Below are positions 50,408 through 64,000 of a stretch of 64,000 bases of DNA, one piece after another (positions within the stretch are counted from its first letter, which is position 1; each line of letters starts with the position of its first letter). Below the pieces are notes generated by a model. That model saw only the letters and a list, made by a program, of their open reading frames with translations. It was not told where the DNA came from and did not search any database. The translations under genes were made by a program, and so were the position numbers. The stretch comes from Ruditapes philippinarum (lineage: Eukaryota). The stretch covers positions 62,001-126,000 of the forward strand of contig NW_026864722.1 in assembly GCF_026571515.1 (NCBI RefSeq), in the 5' to 3' direction.

Positions 50408-52381
50408 CTGGAAATATATATATTTGAAAGTAATTGAGATGTTAAAGCAGCACATGACTTCAGATTCATGATTATCCTTTATGAAAATTATAATTTATTG
50501 AAAAATATAGTAAATTTTGTTTTGTTTTTCTGAAAAATAAGATATATCTTGTCAAAGGTACCAATTTCCCACAAAGACACCGATGAATAATTTGTCAGGC
50601 AATGTAGAAATGATTCTTACTCTGTTTGCAAAAGGGTAAAAATAGTGTTATTTATATACTTTAAAAACTAGTTTTCCATAATTTTGTTTTAAATTTGTAT
50701 TAGCATCTTTAAAAAGGCAGCATTTACACCGACACAAATACGGACGTTTCACATGTATTTTACAGGTGATTACTTATAAAAAATGATTATGAAAACTTTT
50801 AAATGATTCACATAAATCTGTATCAGTAAAATCATAATAAAAAACTTCAGTTTTACTTGCTTTTTGTTTTGTACTAGAACTATAGTTAGCTGTCTCTTTG
50901 ACGGCGCCATCTATATTTCCAGTTTTCTATATCATGTTGTGAGCATTGTTCATGACCTCATTTCTTTTCTCTCATATTTGCAACCCACTTTTACAAAATT
51001 CCAAATGTTGAGGTTAAAAACAACTTCAATGTTAAGTTTCTCCTCTTAGTGATCAGTAACAACCACCAAACACACCTAACAAACATATCAAAACTTTTTT
51101 CTAAGCACAAAAAATCCCCCCTTATCTGATTTCAGACAAAAGGTCATCTCAATATAGTAGATGCAAAACATGTTAGGTACGCGGAAGGTACGCATGTTCA
51201 TATAGTCACATATATTATTAAATATCATCAAGTTAGTAACTAAATGGTATCAACTTTGAAATAAGAAAACACTTTCTCATATTATTTGTCTCAGAAACTC
51301 TGCACTTATTAGATAGTGTATTAGAAACAAGACCTTACAAACCGTGTCACCCCTTATGTTTCGTAGTGTTGTATGCCAATTAAACACAGAAATGTGTTAT
51401 TTTGTTTTATTTCTGCTAATAGCAGAATAGCAATTCACCTTCTAAGTAAACTATTCCTGAGGTATAAAATTATATATCAGAAATCATACTTATGGAAATT
51501 TTACATGTACTGAATAATGGATGAAGAGTCAAAACAGGAAATATAACAATAATAGATATATCTGACCTTTTAGCGTCAATGTGAAAAGTTGAAACTTAAG
51601 TCCAACAGAAAAAAAAACCTATAACTGATGGTCAGAAATTTGGCTAACTTCTGTTGTCTCTCTGAGAGAAATCAGTTCATTACAAGGAATTTTTTTGAAA
51701 AATTGGATTGAAAAGCTGTACAATGCATAACATGGTGAGTACATGTTATCGTGTGCTATGGTGTTTGTTAAATAAGCTTAATTTAACACAGGTACAGCGT
51801 CCTTAATGAGTAATGGTAAGTTTATCTGATAAACATGCCTACAAAATATTCACTTACAGGGCAGGGTTATTTGCGGCTTCAAGATTAAGGAAATTACTAG
51901 GTAGATAGCATACCTTTGTTTCTAGGTAGGATATATCTATGTTTAACCAATTAATAGTCAAATTTATGTTACAAAATTTTGTATATAGACACCAACTTGT
52001 TAAATTTTGAAATAAAAATCAAAAGAATTAGAGCAGTTAGAAACGTAAACTGAAAGAAAAATATAAGTATATTATGTAAATGCGCATTTAATTTAGAAAA
52101 TCCTTGATAATAATACTAAAAAACATATTGTGTCATCCCAAAAATGTACATTAGATATTACACTACACACACATATTGACAAGACACTTTACTGTGATAG
52201 TTTTCTACCATTGCAATTCAAAACTTTTACCTTTTTATTGCTTTGGCTTAATGATCTGATCACGGCTTTTGAGTAAATTATAATGAACGGCATCTTACAA
52301 CCTTAAATGATTCAGATATATTTGAGATAATGTCCAATATAGCTTTAATATATATATATAACTAACTGTTATAACACAAAG

Positions 52382-53542
52382 ATGGAAAGTTTCTTAAGTA
52401 TATGTTTTACAGCTTGTTGCCTCGTGATACATGGCGTTAAATGTGGAGAAACTTTGGCACAAAATGTGAATGGAAAGGAAACAATTTTAACAAGCGAGGT
52501 CAAGGTATATATCAACAGTATTGTTTCTGATTACGTTCACAAGCAGAATGAAGACATTGACCAACTGAAAGCGATTGTTTTCTCACAAGGAATAAAAATA
52601 GCTGAACTAGAAAAGGAAACGCTTGCATATCAAAATGTTGTTTCAAAGTTAGAAACCAGGCTTGCATTTCTAGAAGCGAACAGTGACAATACGCAATCCG
52701 AAAACGAAAATGAGTTTTACGAAGACGGATCTGAAAAGGATGTTAAAATAAGAGATAAAGGGACAGATCGAAACGGAAAACCCAGTAGGTTATAATTACA
52801 CTTATTCACGTATCGTCATGACTCTTAGATTTTACAGTAACTGTTCAGTTTCTTTAAATACAACGGCATATATTGGTCAATGACATTGCCATTTTTGTGC
52901 CCTTTGCTGCAATGATTTTTATAGATATTTCAATTTTAAAGCTTTAATGGAAATGATATCTTTCTATTACTTGTTTAAATACAAACAGGAAAATATTCAG
53001 GGTTTTTGTACATGCATCAGAATATAGTGTATAATCATACAAATTATTATGTTTCCAACATATAGTTAAGATATTCAATTATCAATACGTATATGCTAAA
53101 CTTTATTTTAGAATTCCTTCGTCGAATAAGAAGAGCAACCGTTGAATCTGGGGTAGCGTTTTCCGCATCTATGACCGTAGATGAAAACAATGTTGGTGAA
53201 AAACAAGATATAGTATTCAATCATGTGATAACCAACGTCGGGAATGCATACAACAATCACCATGGTACTTTTATAGCACCAGTGACCGGAACCTACGTAT
53301 TTTATTTCTCCTTGCATAGCCCAGGTGCAAGAGCAGATCTAGTATTGAACGGGTCTGCTGTAGCTAATCTTTATATAGGAAATGATCAGGCATCCCAGCT
53401 GGCAATTCTGAACGTTAACGCCGGCGACGATGTTTCAGTTCAAAATCTGGTAGCAGGTAAACAATATTGGGGAAGTGGCTACAGTACATTTAGCGGCTTC
53501 CTCTTGTACGAAGGAACGACTTCGACCCAGATAGTTGGTTAA
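52382..53542 (+). CDS. C1qDC protein, subfamily B unit 11, ~277 aa; exons 52382-52784, 53112-53542
   Basis: Signal peptide, coiled coil, acidic linker, in-frame phase-1 intron (CCCA|GTAGGT ... TTTTAG|AA), and complete gC1q (VAFSA...IVFNHVITNVGNAY...GTFIAPVTGTYVF...YSTFSGFLL). Confidence 0.9.
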
Positions 53543-55208
53543 TCTGTATAAATACCTGATCGTACTTTCTGTAGAGTTGTGTGTTGACAAGAACATGTAT
53601 GTTTACATCAAAATTAAAGAAATACAAACAAATGGATGTCTCGTTTCAAATATTTCCCCCACCGTATTGAACGAGTGCAGGTTCAATACTGAAATTTTTA
53701 AACTCGTTCAATAAGTTTAGTAATGAAGCTATACTGAAAAATATTGTATTAATTACATACCTATAGAGTTTAGAAATCCTGTTTTGCTGACGCGCTTATA
53801 CTGCCATGTATGTTCACTTTATGTTTGCATAAAATATATAACGTCACGTCAAAATATTATTCCTATCGGTTTAACGGAGTCGATATGCGGCACTTGTATG
53901 TGATAAATAATGTGTGATGACATTTTATAAACAATTTGTTATTCAAATAATTTAATAGATAAACTTTTTAACAAAATGTACATGTATATCAGTTTTTTAA
54001 GTCAACTTTGTTCGATAAAAGAAAAACATTCTTGTTTGACACTTTTATAATCATACAAGGATCTTGCTTCATTAGTGGAACTCTTTGAACTACAGGTTAA
54101 TCAAACACCCGTGCCGCTTTTGCGACTCCGTAAAAATGGTATTGCACCGCCGTGACCGCCGTGACCGCCGTGCATATATTTTGACGTGACGTCATTTGCA
54201 TTATACAAACATAGTTTAAAAACATGCTAAATGTTAGCGATTCACTATAATCGCGTCAATGATTCCTTTTTTATTTTAAACCGTCTTTATTTTGGGTTTG
54301 TGATAAATAGAATATAATATATGTGTGAGCTCATTTAATGAATGATCGGTCAACTGAATATGATTTTTCTATCGCTTTCCCTTTTTCTGTCGTCACAATA
54401 AAAAATCCTCACAAAAAATTAGCCAATCAGTGGGCATGCCCAGGAGTGCGGGTAACGCATACCTTTCTCCAGGTAATGCACTCACTGTGCATGTATATTT
54501 TTTATCTTTAAAAAGTAAGATTTAGGTGTTAAATTAAACTTTAATGATTAAGATTGCCTTACATTTTGTATTATGTGTCAACAACTAATTCATAGGTCAT
54601 TTTTCATCGCCTCTTGCTTAAAATCTGGTAGTTTTGAGTAAATTTTTGGAATAAAATGGAATAAAAAACAAGATGATGGTGAGGTTAGGTTGACGGACTT
54701 TTTCCGGCGAACATTTTTATCATGTGCATTATTATGAAATACGATTTCATTTCAAAACAGCTTATATTTAGTTTTTTTGACATATATGATAAGCATATGT
54801 GCTGTGATTGACAAATATACACTTAAGTTAGTTTTTAAGGCGTTCGGAGCTCCACAACTCAAGTGTCTGTGTTTTTACTAAAAACAATGCTAATAATGTC
54901 CCATTACATGTATTCCAATATAAAATATTTATTTTATTCTGTAACAAACAATAGTGTCATGAGTTAATGATTACAGAGGTATAATATTACAGAAAGAAGC
55001 TTTCATTGGGCAGCATGTTATTGGCTTAAATACTTATAAAAATAATAGAGGAAACGTTGTTAATAGCCACTCGATTTTCACACAAAAATAAGTATGTATT
55101 TTACAAAAAAAAATAAAAAAAATAATAATAACAGAAACCATTAAAAGATAAAAACCATACAAATATACATGTATGATAAGACAAATCTGATAAATGGCTG
55201 CTCATGTT

Positions 55209-58200
55209 TCAGGTTTTCTTTTCGACATCCGTCTCTTTACTCTTTTTCCATTTATTCACAATTGGAATAATAAACGCAAGCCCACCAGCAAAGTAGGCCA
55301 GTCCTCCTAATAGATGAAAAGAAGCCACATAAGACCCCGTTACATCACGGAGACCACCTGGAAATATACGAGTATATGTATTTGAAAGTTTCAAAGATGT
55401 TAAAGCAGCATATAATTTCAGAGTCATGATTGTCCTTTATGAAAATTATAATTTATTAAAAAAGAATGTAAATTTTGTTTGGCAGAAAAAACGTGAACCG
55501 CTTTCCATAAAGTCGACAAAGAATAATTTGTCACGCAATGTAGAAATGATACTGACTCTGTTTACAAAAAGGGTAAAAATAATGTGATAGTACGGTATAT
55601 TCTGTCGAGTATTGTGAAAATGTATACCTTTAAAAACAAGTTTTCTATATTAGTTTAAATTTTATAAGCATTAAAAATACAAAATTTACAACAAAACAAA
55701 TACGGACGTTTCACGTGTATTTTACATGTGATTTCTTATAAGAAATGACTATGAAAATTTTGAAATTATTTGACTATTTGAAATAGTTTTAAATTAAAGT
55801 AATGCCAAATGCTAAACTAAACCCCATGCAACACACTGCAGTCCGAAAAATCTTACTCTAATTCTAATTATCTGAAGCATAATAATAATTCAATGTATTG
55901 TAATTTTCGGCTACCTGCGACTGGGAAAAACACTGCTATAGATGTCCCATGTACCAGTGTTCCGAACCCTAGAGAACTTTTGAACTTCTCTGGACCTATC
56001 ACTTCCATTAGAAGAACTGCATACATTGATAAATACTGTCCGCAACAAATACCTGTGTAATAATTTATAGACTGTAAATCTGGTTTATGAATTGAAAATC
56101 AAAATGTATATTGACTCAGAATTATGCTCTAAATATAGTTGATGAGAAATGAAATTTAAATATCGTCTTAAGAAGGATAAAGTAATACTTAGATGATTAT
56201 CAGTATTTCCAAAATACATAAATAGGTTCATAGAACGAAGCCTCCGATATCGAACAAATGGACTATAAGAAAATCAAAACAAAACAGGTTTCGTCCCAGT
56301 TTCCCATTATAGATTTATTTAGAAACCTTTAGTTACCTACCGGCTATAACAACGAATACAACCATTGTGGTAAATGAATTCACAAAACGCATCAGATGTG
56401 ACATCGTTCCTAGCGTGAACGCCACAATTACGAGAATTGTCGACCTTTTTATCCACTTTCTGTCTGCGATTACTCCCATTGTCAATTTTGACACTAGATC
56501 AATGGCGGCCATTATAGAAATTAAAAAACCTATCTTCTCATTACTAACACCAATATCTTTAGCATGGGTCGGCATATAAATTGGGACAAGTGCTACACCT
56601 GACATCATGGAAAATGCCATGAAGAGAAATGCTATAAATGCAGGATTTCGTAATAATCCTAAATCCAACACTGAGCTTACTATTGTAATAATACATGATT
56701 TCATATTTAAGCAACACGTAGCTTTGCCATCGCTGACATCTTTTTCCTTAATTTCTATTTCGTCTATTTCTGCATTATGTTTGAAATTTTCTTTTGATGA
56801 TGGAATATTGACATCAACAAAGGAACCGCAAACTCCTTCAACGCTTGTGTATAGAGACATTTGAGAATGTGATATTGCATCAATTACTCCTTTTAACAGG
56901 TGTCTGTTATGGTGAATATTGTTTTCACTTCTATACTCTTTGTATCCTTCAGACAAAGTTCTCTGTCTAAGACCAAAAGACGGAGTCCTAACTCTCTGAA
57001 GCAAAGGTGAACCCAGCGATTGGTGATCAGCAATACTAGGGTCATGTGATTGCATTCGAGTAAAATTATCTGCATTTATGCGTGATCTATAAGACCGTGC
57101 TATCTCTGCTTCCCCCGGATTCACAACATTTGTATTTATACCGTTTTTCTCACTTTGTTTATGTTCCGTGTCGACATAATCGTCATTTCTGCCTAGCATC
57201 TTATCATTCAGAGAATGTTCAGCAATATTTACAATTTCTATTTTGCGCGGAGAGTAACTTTCTATTGGCCGCATTAATAAAGCACCGACCCAAATATTCA
57301 TTAACAGTCCTGCCACTATCAGCAACGCTCCAGTATACCCGTACTCTTCAAATAATTTCACTACTACTGGTGCAAAGATAAGGCCACCAACGGAGCCCCC
57401 ACCTGTGAAAATACTGTTTGCAAGGCCTCGGTGTTTGTTGAAGTATACACCGATAATTGCAAGCATTGGTGGAACAATCATGGCCATTCCTATACCTACA
57501 AAGTAAAGGTTATCAATAATTTGTGTAGCATAATAAAATCAGGAACAGTTACGATGTTCGAATAGCGTGCATGTTTGATGTGATCAACTTTAAAATTCAC
57601 TTATTCATTATCGTTATGCAAAGGCTGTTCTTTTCGCAAATTACCGGACCATGTTCTTTATAATTCAGCAATTCAAGGAATCCTAAAAAGTTTTGATTAT
57701 GTTCAATCAAACTGAGCCTGCAACCTCTTTTTCAATTTTGTTGTGTTGGGCTTTCTTTGGGGATTCTGTTTATTTTTCTTTTTTTCATTTGAATGATGAG
57801 TTTGACTCAATTAAACAAGAACGGAAAAAATCCATGTGAATTAAACGTATTCAAGTGAATTACAAGGATAACGGAACTTACCGCCAAGCACACCTTGTGC
57901 AAAGTAAAACACCCGTATATCCGTGCTATAAGCAGTGATAATGTATGAAATAACTGTTAATGTACCACCTGTTAGAACAGATGTACGACTGCTAAACCTC
58001 TTCAATCCAATAGTCATTACAAACAGAGCTGAAAAAAAACCCGCACAAATCAGAAAAGTTACTGCATCACAATTACTTTCAATATTTGAGCCGCGCCATG
58101 ACAAAACCAAAGTAGTGCGTTTGCGACCAGCATGGATCCAGACCAGCCTGCGCATCCGCGCAGTCTGATCAGGATCCATGCTGTTCGCTTACAAACCCTA

Positions 58201-60299
58201 TAACATATAAAGAAACTGATATCGAACAGCATTGATCCTGATCAGACTGCGCGGATGCGCAGGCTGGTCTGGATCCATGCTGGTCGCAAACGCATTTTGT
58301 TGGTTTTGTCATGACGCGGCTCATTTACTTTGCTTTACTTACAAAACAATTGAACGCTAACATGCATACATAGAATGTTACGTTATATATCGAATTAAAC
58401 GCAAAAGTAATTTAGAAATAAGAAATACTTTGCACTCAGCAATATATTTCACATCAAATCAATCTATACAGCGTTAACGTGTAACGGCAAAATCTCGCTA
58501 AAATATGAGAGTACTCTACATTCGGCAATATGACTTATTTAAAGGCATGTTTGAAATTCGATCATATTGGATGTTTTCAAAGCAACTTTAAAGTGGAATA
58601 ATCATTGTACTTCTTTCAAATACTCTTTTATTTCTTAAAAGTTGATATTTTACTTGAACAATCATTTGTTTTTCTCACACCGCTGTAAGTTCGAGTCGCG
58701 CCAGTTTCTCCGGATTCTTCATGTGAAAAGCTATCCAGCTAGCTAACGGAACGTCGGTGATTCTACCCATGTTCCCGTTTGTGCCTAAAATAATGTACGG
58801 AGGGACACCACCAGTAAAGTTGTAAAGTCGTCAAATGATCTTTACAGTGTTGGTGCGACGTCAAACCCAATAAAAAAATCAATCATCTTTAAAGCTTACC
58901 CGTTATGCTGAGGACAATATTCTGGATGAAACTCATAAACGCAGTATCTGCTGCATTGGACTTAAATCGCATTTGATACTGCAGGAAGAACACACCAAAC
59001 GACTTCATAAGACCGCCATGAATAATGAACTCGAAGACACAACCTGTTAAAATAGATAGTATCCGAAACTCGACAAATAGAGGTTTTCCCCAGCTAATCC
59101 GAAGGTTCAAACACACTTTTACCGTTATAGCTTAACGATGCACTACCAGTCACAATAGATAAGTGAACATGTTGCGCTTAGTTTCGAAAATTTAACATTA
59201 AAAGTGTATTTGTCCTACGGATTAGCTGGAAAACACAAATATTCTTAATTCCAGAGTTAGTTTTCCTTTATAAACTTTACTCTGAAAGCACTATGCGCTT
59301 CTGATTAAGACATAATCACACTTACTTGAACTTGCAATTGCAATATATGAATTTCATTATTACTTTTATATAGCTCATGAATGACTTTAAAAATTCTGTT
59401 TGTTACCAGGTTTTCATTTTTGTCTTCGGGTTGATGTATGTACATTTCTCCTTAAAATAATTTCTCATAAATAGACATTTCAAATTTTTACGAAACAATT
59501 TGTGCATAACATAAACTTTTTACCATAACGAATTAATAGAATGGGATTTCCATTTATATAAAACCAATCATGTATATACTTCACCTCTTTACCTGTATCA
59601 GTAACAAGTCAAGTATTAGGACTATTATCGTCACTGAAGTGCAATTTAACTCCTATTAAATTTAATAGGAGATCACCAGTTACTGCACCAAGATGGTGGT
59701 ATCAATCTAACGAAAGAGGAATTTAACGGTAACAATGTCTTAAGCGGTTATAGCAAATTATTCATCACAGTACATCTTCAAATGAATCATGCATATGTGT
59801 TTTTTTATTGCAACCGTATGAGTTGATTCAGGCAATTTCCTTTGAAACTATGATATTCATATCTTAATTTAATTGCTACTTGATATAAATTGTGTAAAGC
59901 TAACACTCATACCATTTATAAATCTTTGGATATTACACATTTATTATTTTTTTGCCCACAGATATATTGCAATTTACTAAATAATTCATACACATGTAGA
60001 GCGATTTGAAAACAACTTTTCGTTTTCGACAAAAGTCTAATCGGATTTAAATCTAAGTAAATTAACAAAATTATTATTGCGAAATAAATCGCAGAAAAAA
60101 AAACACCTGCTAAGACTACCCATGCCCATCCTCTGTCTATTGGTGGTCCTTCTGGGTCATCTATATAATCCTGTATTGCACCGTCGGTTTCGATTACTTC
60201 TAAATCAGTCTCGTCATCAACTGATTCTTGTTCGACTTCTCTCTCCATTTCAAATGTTTCCCCATCCACACCAAGATTAACCGACTCTAGCTTTGCCAT
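55209..60299 (-). CDS. Monocarboxylate transporter (SLC16, MFS) family protein, ~641 aa; exons 60299-60107, 59043-58900, 58028-57882, 57495-56341, 56052-55915, 55357-55209
   Basis: SLC16 motifs PPIDRGWAWVV, YFNKHRGLANSI, EEYGYTGALLI and GLRDVTGSY are present, with a large central loop. All five introns are GT-AG phase 1 and splice in frame (1926 nt). Confidence 0.92.
58088..58322. mobile_element. Foldback MITE, GAG...CTC termini, 4-bp TSD ATTT (Sola-like)
   Basis: ~100-bp TIRs GAGCCGCGCCATGACAAAACCAA..., with ATTT at 58084-58087 and 58323-58326. Lies in a transporter intron. Confidence 0.85.
58672..58880 (+). mobile_element. Degenerate tRNA-derived SINE (MetaSINE-like)
   Basis: B-box-like GTTCGAGTC, core AAGCTATCCAGCTAGCTAACGGAACGTCGGTGATTCTACCC and tail GTGTTGGTGCGACGTCAAACCCAATAAAA. 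Family assignment is from memory of bivalve SINE consensus sequences. Confidence 0.65.
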
Positions 60300-62963
60300 T
60301 TAACTAGTGTCGGTATCATTTGAATTTTTGTAAACCTATTTCAAAACAATATGGTCTGCAATTTACGCGGTAAAGACGTTCCATACTTTATAATAATGAA
60401 AACAATAGTACACTGACACATTTCTCGTTCTTTACAAGTCATTTAACATTTAATTTTAACATTTCTCTGCCATTTTTTTCAATAATTATGACATTATGAG
60501 ATCGTACACTATCCGGGTATTGTACCATAATTTAACATTATATATTATCTAGTTTTATCTTTAAGGGTATATGTGTAAGACAAATATGTACATATAAAGA
60601 TAAACGCTCACGGACTGAGTTTAATATATAGCATATCCTATTAATAATTTCTGATTCTTTTTTTTTTTATAGAAACCCGGTTGTTTTATAACGATACATA
60701 AGGCACATAATGTCTCAGGAATCTTTTTTTTTTAATTCTGTAGAAAGGTGAGATATGTGTTAAATAATTTTTTAATAATTAAATTTACAGCATCTTAGAT
60801 GTTAAACAACTACAAGAAGTGAAAATGGTGTTGAATGTGCTATAATTTGTTATAAGGTAGCAAAAGGTAAACAAAGAAGTATTTTGACTTCCATACAAAA
60901 TACTTATCACTATAATTATACCAATTTCCAAAGAGCAAAGTAATCGAAAAATAGTTCATTCATAGAGCCAATGAGGTTTTATGTTTTTAGAATTTGTAAT
61001 AAGATACAAAGAGTAAAAAGGTTTTAAAAAATAAAAATGATAGAAAATCGGAGGCTTATTGGGCTTAATTGGCCTTTAAACGGACATCAACTGTTAATTG
61101 TCTTCAGTATCAAATGTTTTACTAAGATGGAATCTGTTTTTATCTGCTGTTTATTGCCGAAATTCATATACAATGTTTTCATATTATACTTTATAATATT
61201 GCATGATGGCGGATTATTGCAGTGAAGATGTATCGAGTATTTGACCTTTGACCTTATATTTGCCCGGAAAAGAGGTAATAAAACAACAACATGCAACTTA
61301 TCTTTAAAACAGCATGCCTACAGATTCATGCTAGTTTTTATGAAAATATATACATTTATATAAAATAAAACATAGGAAAGTTTTAAACTCATTGCATATG
61401 ACACTTACAATGGCGTAAAATACCATAAAGATGTCAATACCCTGAAAAAAGAAGCCTTTCCTGCGTTAGTCACGCAGTATAAAAATGGTGACAGATACTG
61501 CAAAATCAATCATTTATCGCCCATAGCATATACATTTTAACTTGAATCTTTTCTTAAAATCTTAAGTCATTTTTTACAAGTTTGATTATTTTTTAATATA
61601 TTTTGGCTCATCTAGAATCATGCAGCTTTAACACTTTAAAACAAAACAAAGGTCATTATATACATTGTTGCGCCACGAGACACTTGAATATCTCGAGTAT
61701 GACATATTTTAAAATAGAAAAGAAATCTTCAAAGCTGTTATTAGGTTGCTTTAAGTTATAGGAAAATAGATAACCCAAATAAACATTAGATAATAAACTT
61801 CCTTATTTTGAAGTTATAAAAGAAAAGTGGGTTAACTAGTTTTAAAAGTCCTCATAATTTTGTTTTAAAAGCGATGTGACCAATATGATGTATATTAGTG
61901 TTATATACAGTATGTCAATTTGCATCGTGAATTTTTAGCACAGTTGGTTACACTGGAATTTTTTATCTGTCTTATACAAATGTACGAGTATTTGATTTAA
62001 TGTTTTGAGAGGGTTATATGTAAGTTTTAGCTTTACTTCTTTCTCCAGCAATAGTTTGCCCTACACTCAGCACTAAGAACTAAATAGGTTTTACTCATTC
62101 ATAGAAGATATTATTTTTTTGTGGGGATGGTGTGTGTGACAAAGTTCGACGTTAAAATGGCTAATGTCATTAAACGTAAAATCAAGTGTTTCACATACAG
62201 ATTTCTGTGAGAAAAATTAGACGTTGTTTAATGTAAAGATAAAGCTTCAAAATTAGCATATCACTCATGGAGCTCTGACATCCATAGTTTAAACTTCAAC
62301 GGCAACTGTTTTATATTGCAATAAAAAGGGAGCCTCGCTGACAACTGAATTTGGTTTACTCCTGTAATTACAGTAATGTGGATCTTTCAACCTTTAAGAT
62401 AGCCCACCCCGAACAGGCTGGGTGGCAACGGCACGAAAATGCGTACATCAAAGTTCTTAAAGTACTTTTGGAAGGCACAATTCATTTTGCAAGATTGTCT
62501 TTTCACTACACAAATGCATATGTTTCAGTTCTCATTCGTAAAAAAGATCATTTAGATGGAAACGGGTTGTTTTTATCTTCTTGAATGACACCATACTATA
62601 AATTTGCGAGCAGGTAACTAGACTTTTGTCCTGCAGCTCATACAAGAGGGATGGGGGACGTCATTAAATTCGCCTTGTGAGATTGGGTCTATACTGTACG
62701 AGGCAGAAATTCATTTACTACCAGTATAAAACCAGACAAGGGTGCCCCTCAATATAGATTGATTTGTCTCTTTCAGTTGACTGAAGAACTCTGAATATTC
62801 ACTATGGATAATATTCATAAAGTTATTGATCTACCAATTCTACATAGACGTTTGACAATTCAATTTAGAAAGTTTGGGTAAGGGCTCAAGAATGTCCGAA
62901 TGACAACAATAAATCTTCTACAATATTTTTTCTATGTATAAATAATTAACAATATTTTACAAT

Positions 62964-63885
62964 CTATGTTTTATTAGCTGGATCCTCTGTTAAAACTTTT
63001 TCTTTTTTACCATTCATCCATTTATTTACTATTGGAATAAGAAAAGCAAGGACGCCGCCAACATATGCAAGTCCACCAAGCAGATGGAATGAAGCGACGT
63101 AACTTCCGGTGACGTCACGAAGGAGACCTGGGGAAATAATAATAGAAATAGTTATAACCACTTTTAAATAATGCTGAAAGAAGAATTCCATTGATATAAT
63201 AATGTCAATGAAGTATCAATGAAAGAAAATGATTGACCAATACATTTAATCATTCTAACACTGCCATACTGGAAATATTTTCCTATAAATAATTTAACTC
63301 TTTAAGTGATGATATATGTTATTAATAACAATCATCTTTGACTTAGGCACACAGAAATGATAGTACCTGTTGAACAATCAGAATTCATCAATGATTCATT
63401 GCATTAAACAAGTTATCAAAATGTTGTTAAGTTAAATAATCACGTACTAGTATGATCGTTAACATTTATAAAAAAAGAAGTTCTTCGGAAACGTAGAGAA
63501 ACCAAATAAAATAATCCAGCCTAACCAATTGCGATATCGACAGACTAAGTTTACTTCCTGTCCGGCTATCTTACGTATTACTTTTGGAAGAAATTACATT
63601 GTATACTGTTGTTCTAATAAGGTTATTGCTCAGTAGAGGACCGCACTACAGAGGTTGCAATTTAATAACCATTCTTTTATCTAATTTAGTTTATGAGCTA
63701 ATCAAAACCATTCGAAATTATTGGGATTTTATTGATCAGGCACATACCTGCAATTGGAAAGAACACTGCAATAGACGTGCCGTGTACAACAGTTACAAAT
63801 CCTAAACAACTCTTGAACTTTTCTGGTCCAATAACTTCAATAAGTATCACAGAAAATACTGACATGTACTGGCCACAACAAATAC
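62964..63885 (-). CDS. Second SLC16-family paralog, last two exons (63885-63748, 63127-62964); the rest lies beyond the window
   Basis: ICCGQYMSVFSVILIEVIGPEKFKSCLG... (138 nt, same size as the paralogous exon) and GLLRDVTGSYVASFHLLGG..., with canonical splice sites. Confidence 0.88.
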
Positions 63886-64000
63886 CTGCAATTAAATTGA
63901 TGATAAAAATAAATATTTATAAGAAACAATACAGAATATGTGAATAGATCTAATGAAGGATGATGTAGTTTCGCAAATAAATACAAGGTACATGAAGTAT

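Noticed and set aside
58030-58179. N-terminal MDPDQTARMRRLVWIHAGRK part of ORF 57841-58179
   Set aside because: It derives from the MITE inverted repeat and intron. Only 57882-58028 is transporter exon.
58680-58720. Possible tRNA gene
   Set aside because: Only a B-box-like motif within a SINE. No cloverleaf could be formed.

Overview
AT-rich, intron-containing eukaryotic DNA. The repeat families and gene content suggest a bivalve mollusc, possibly a clam (inference). Positions ~3.2-53.5 kb hold a + strand tandem array of C1q-domain-containing (C1qDC) genes. Each has a signal-peptide/coiled-coil 'stalk' exon and a globular C1q 'head' exon joined by a phase-1 intron, and some have a short inferred 5'UTR exon. 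I count 11 stalk+head units: 9 of subfamily A (3.8-40.1 kb) and 2 of subfamily B (45.0-53.5 kb), plus two orphan stalk relics. Five units are intact, one is a single base out of frame, and five are disrupted. Head variation is concentrated in a few short segments, the units are mosaics of one another, and three units with broken stalks keep fully open head exons. The right end carries a complete six-exon SLC16/monocarboxylate-transporter-family gene on the - strand, the last two exons of a second paralog, and a duplicated open copy of the terminal transporter exon. Mobile DNA includes a probable solo LTR, a decayed mariner, nested MITEs with 6-bp TSDs, a Sola-like MITE, two tandem-repeat-bearing HINE-like elements, a MetaSINE-like copy and an unclassified ~300-bp structured repeat. 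All gene models come from manual reading of splice sites and paralog alignment, not from transcript data.
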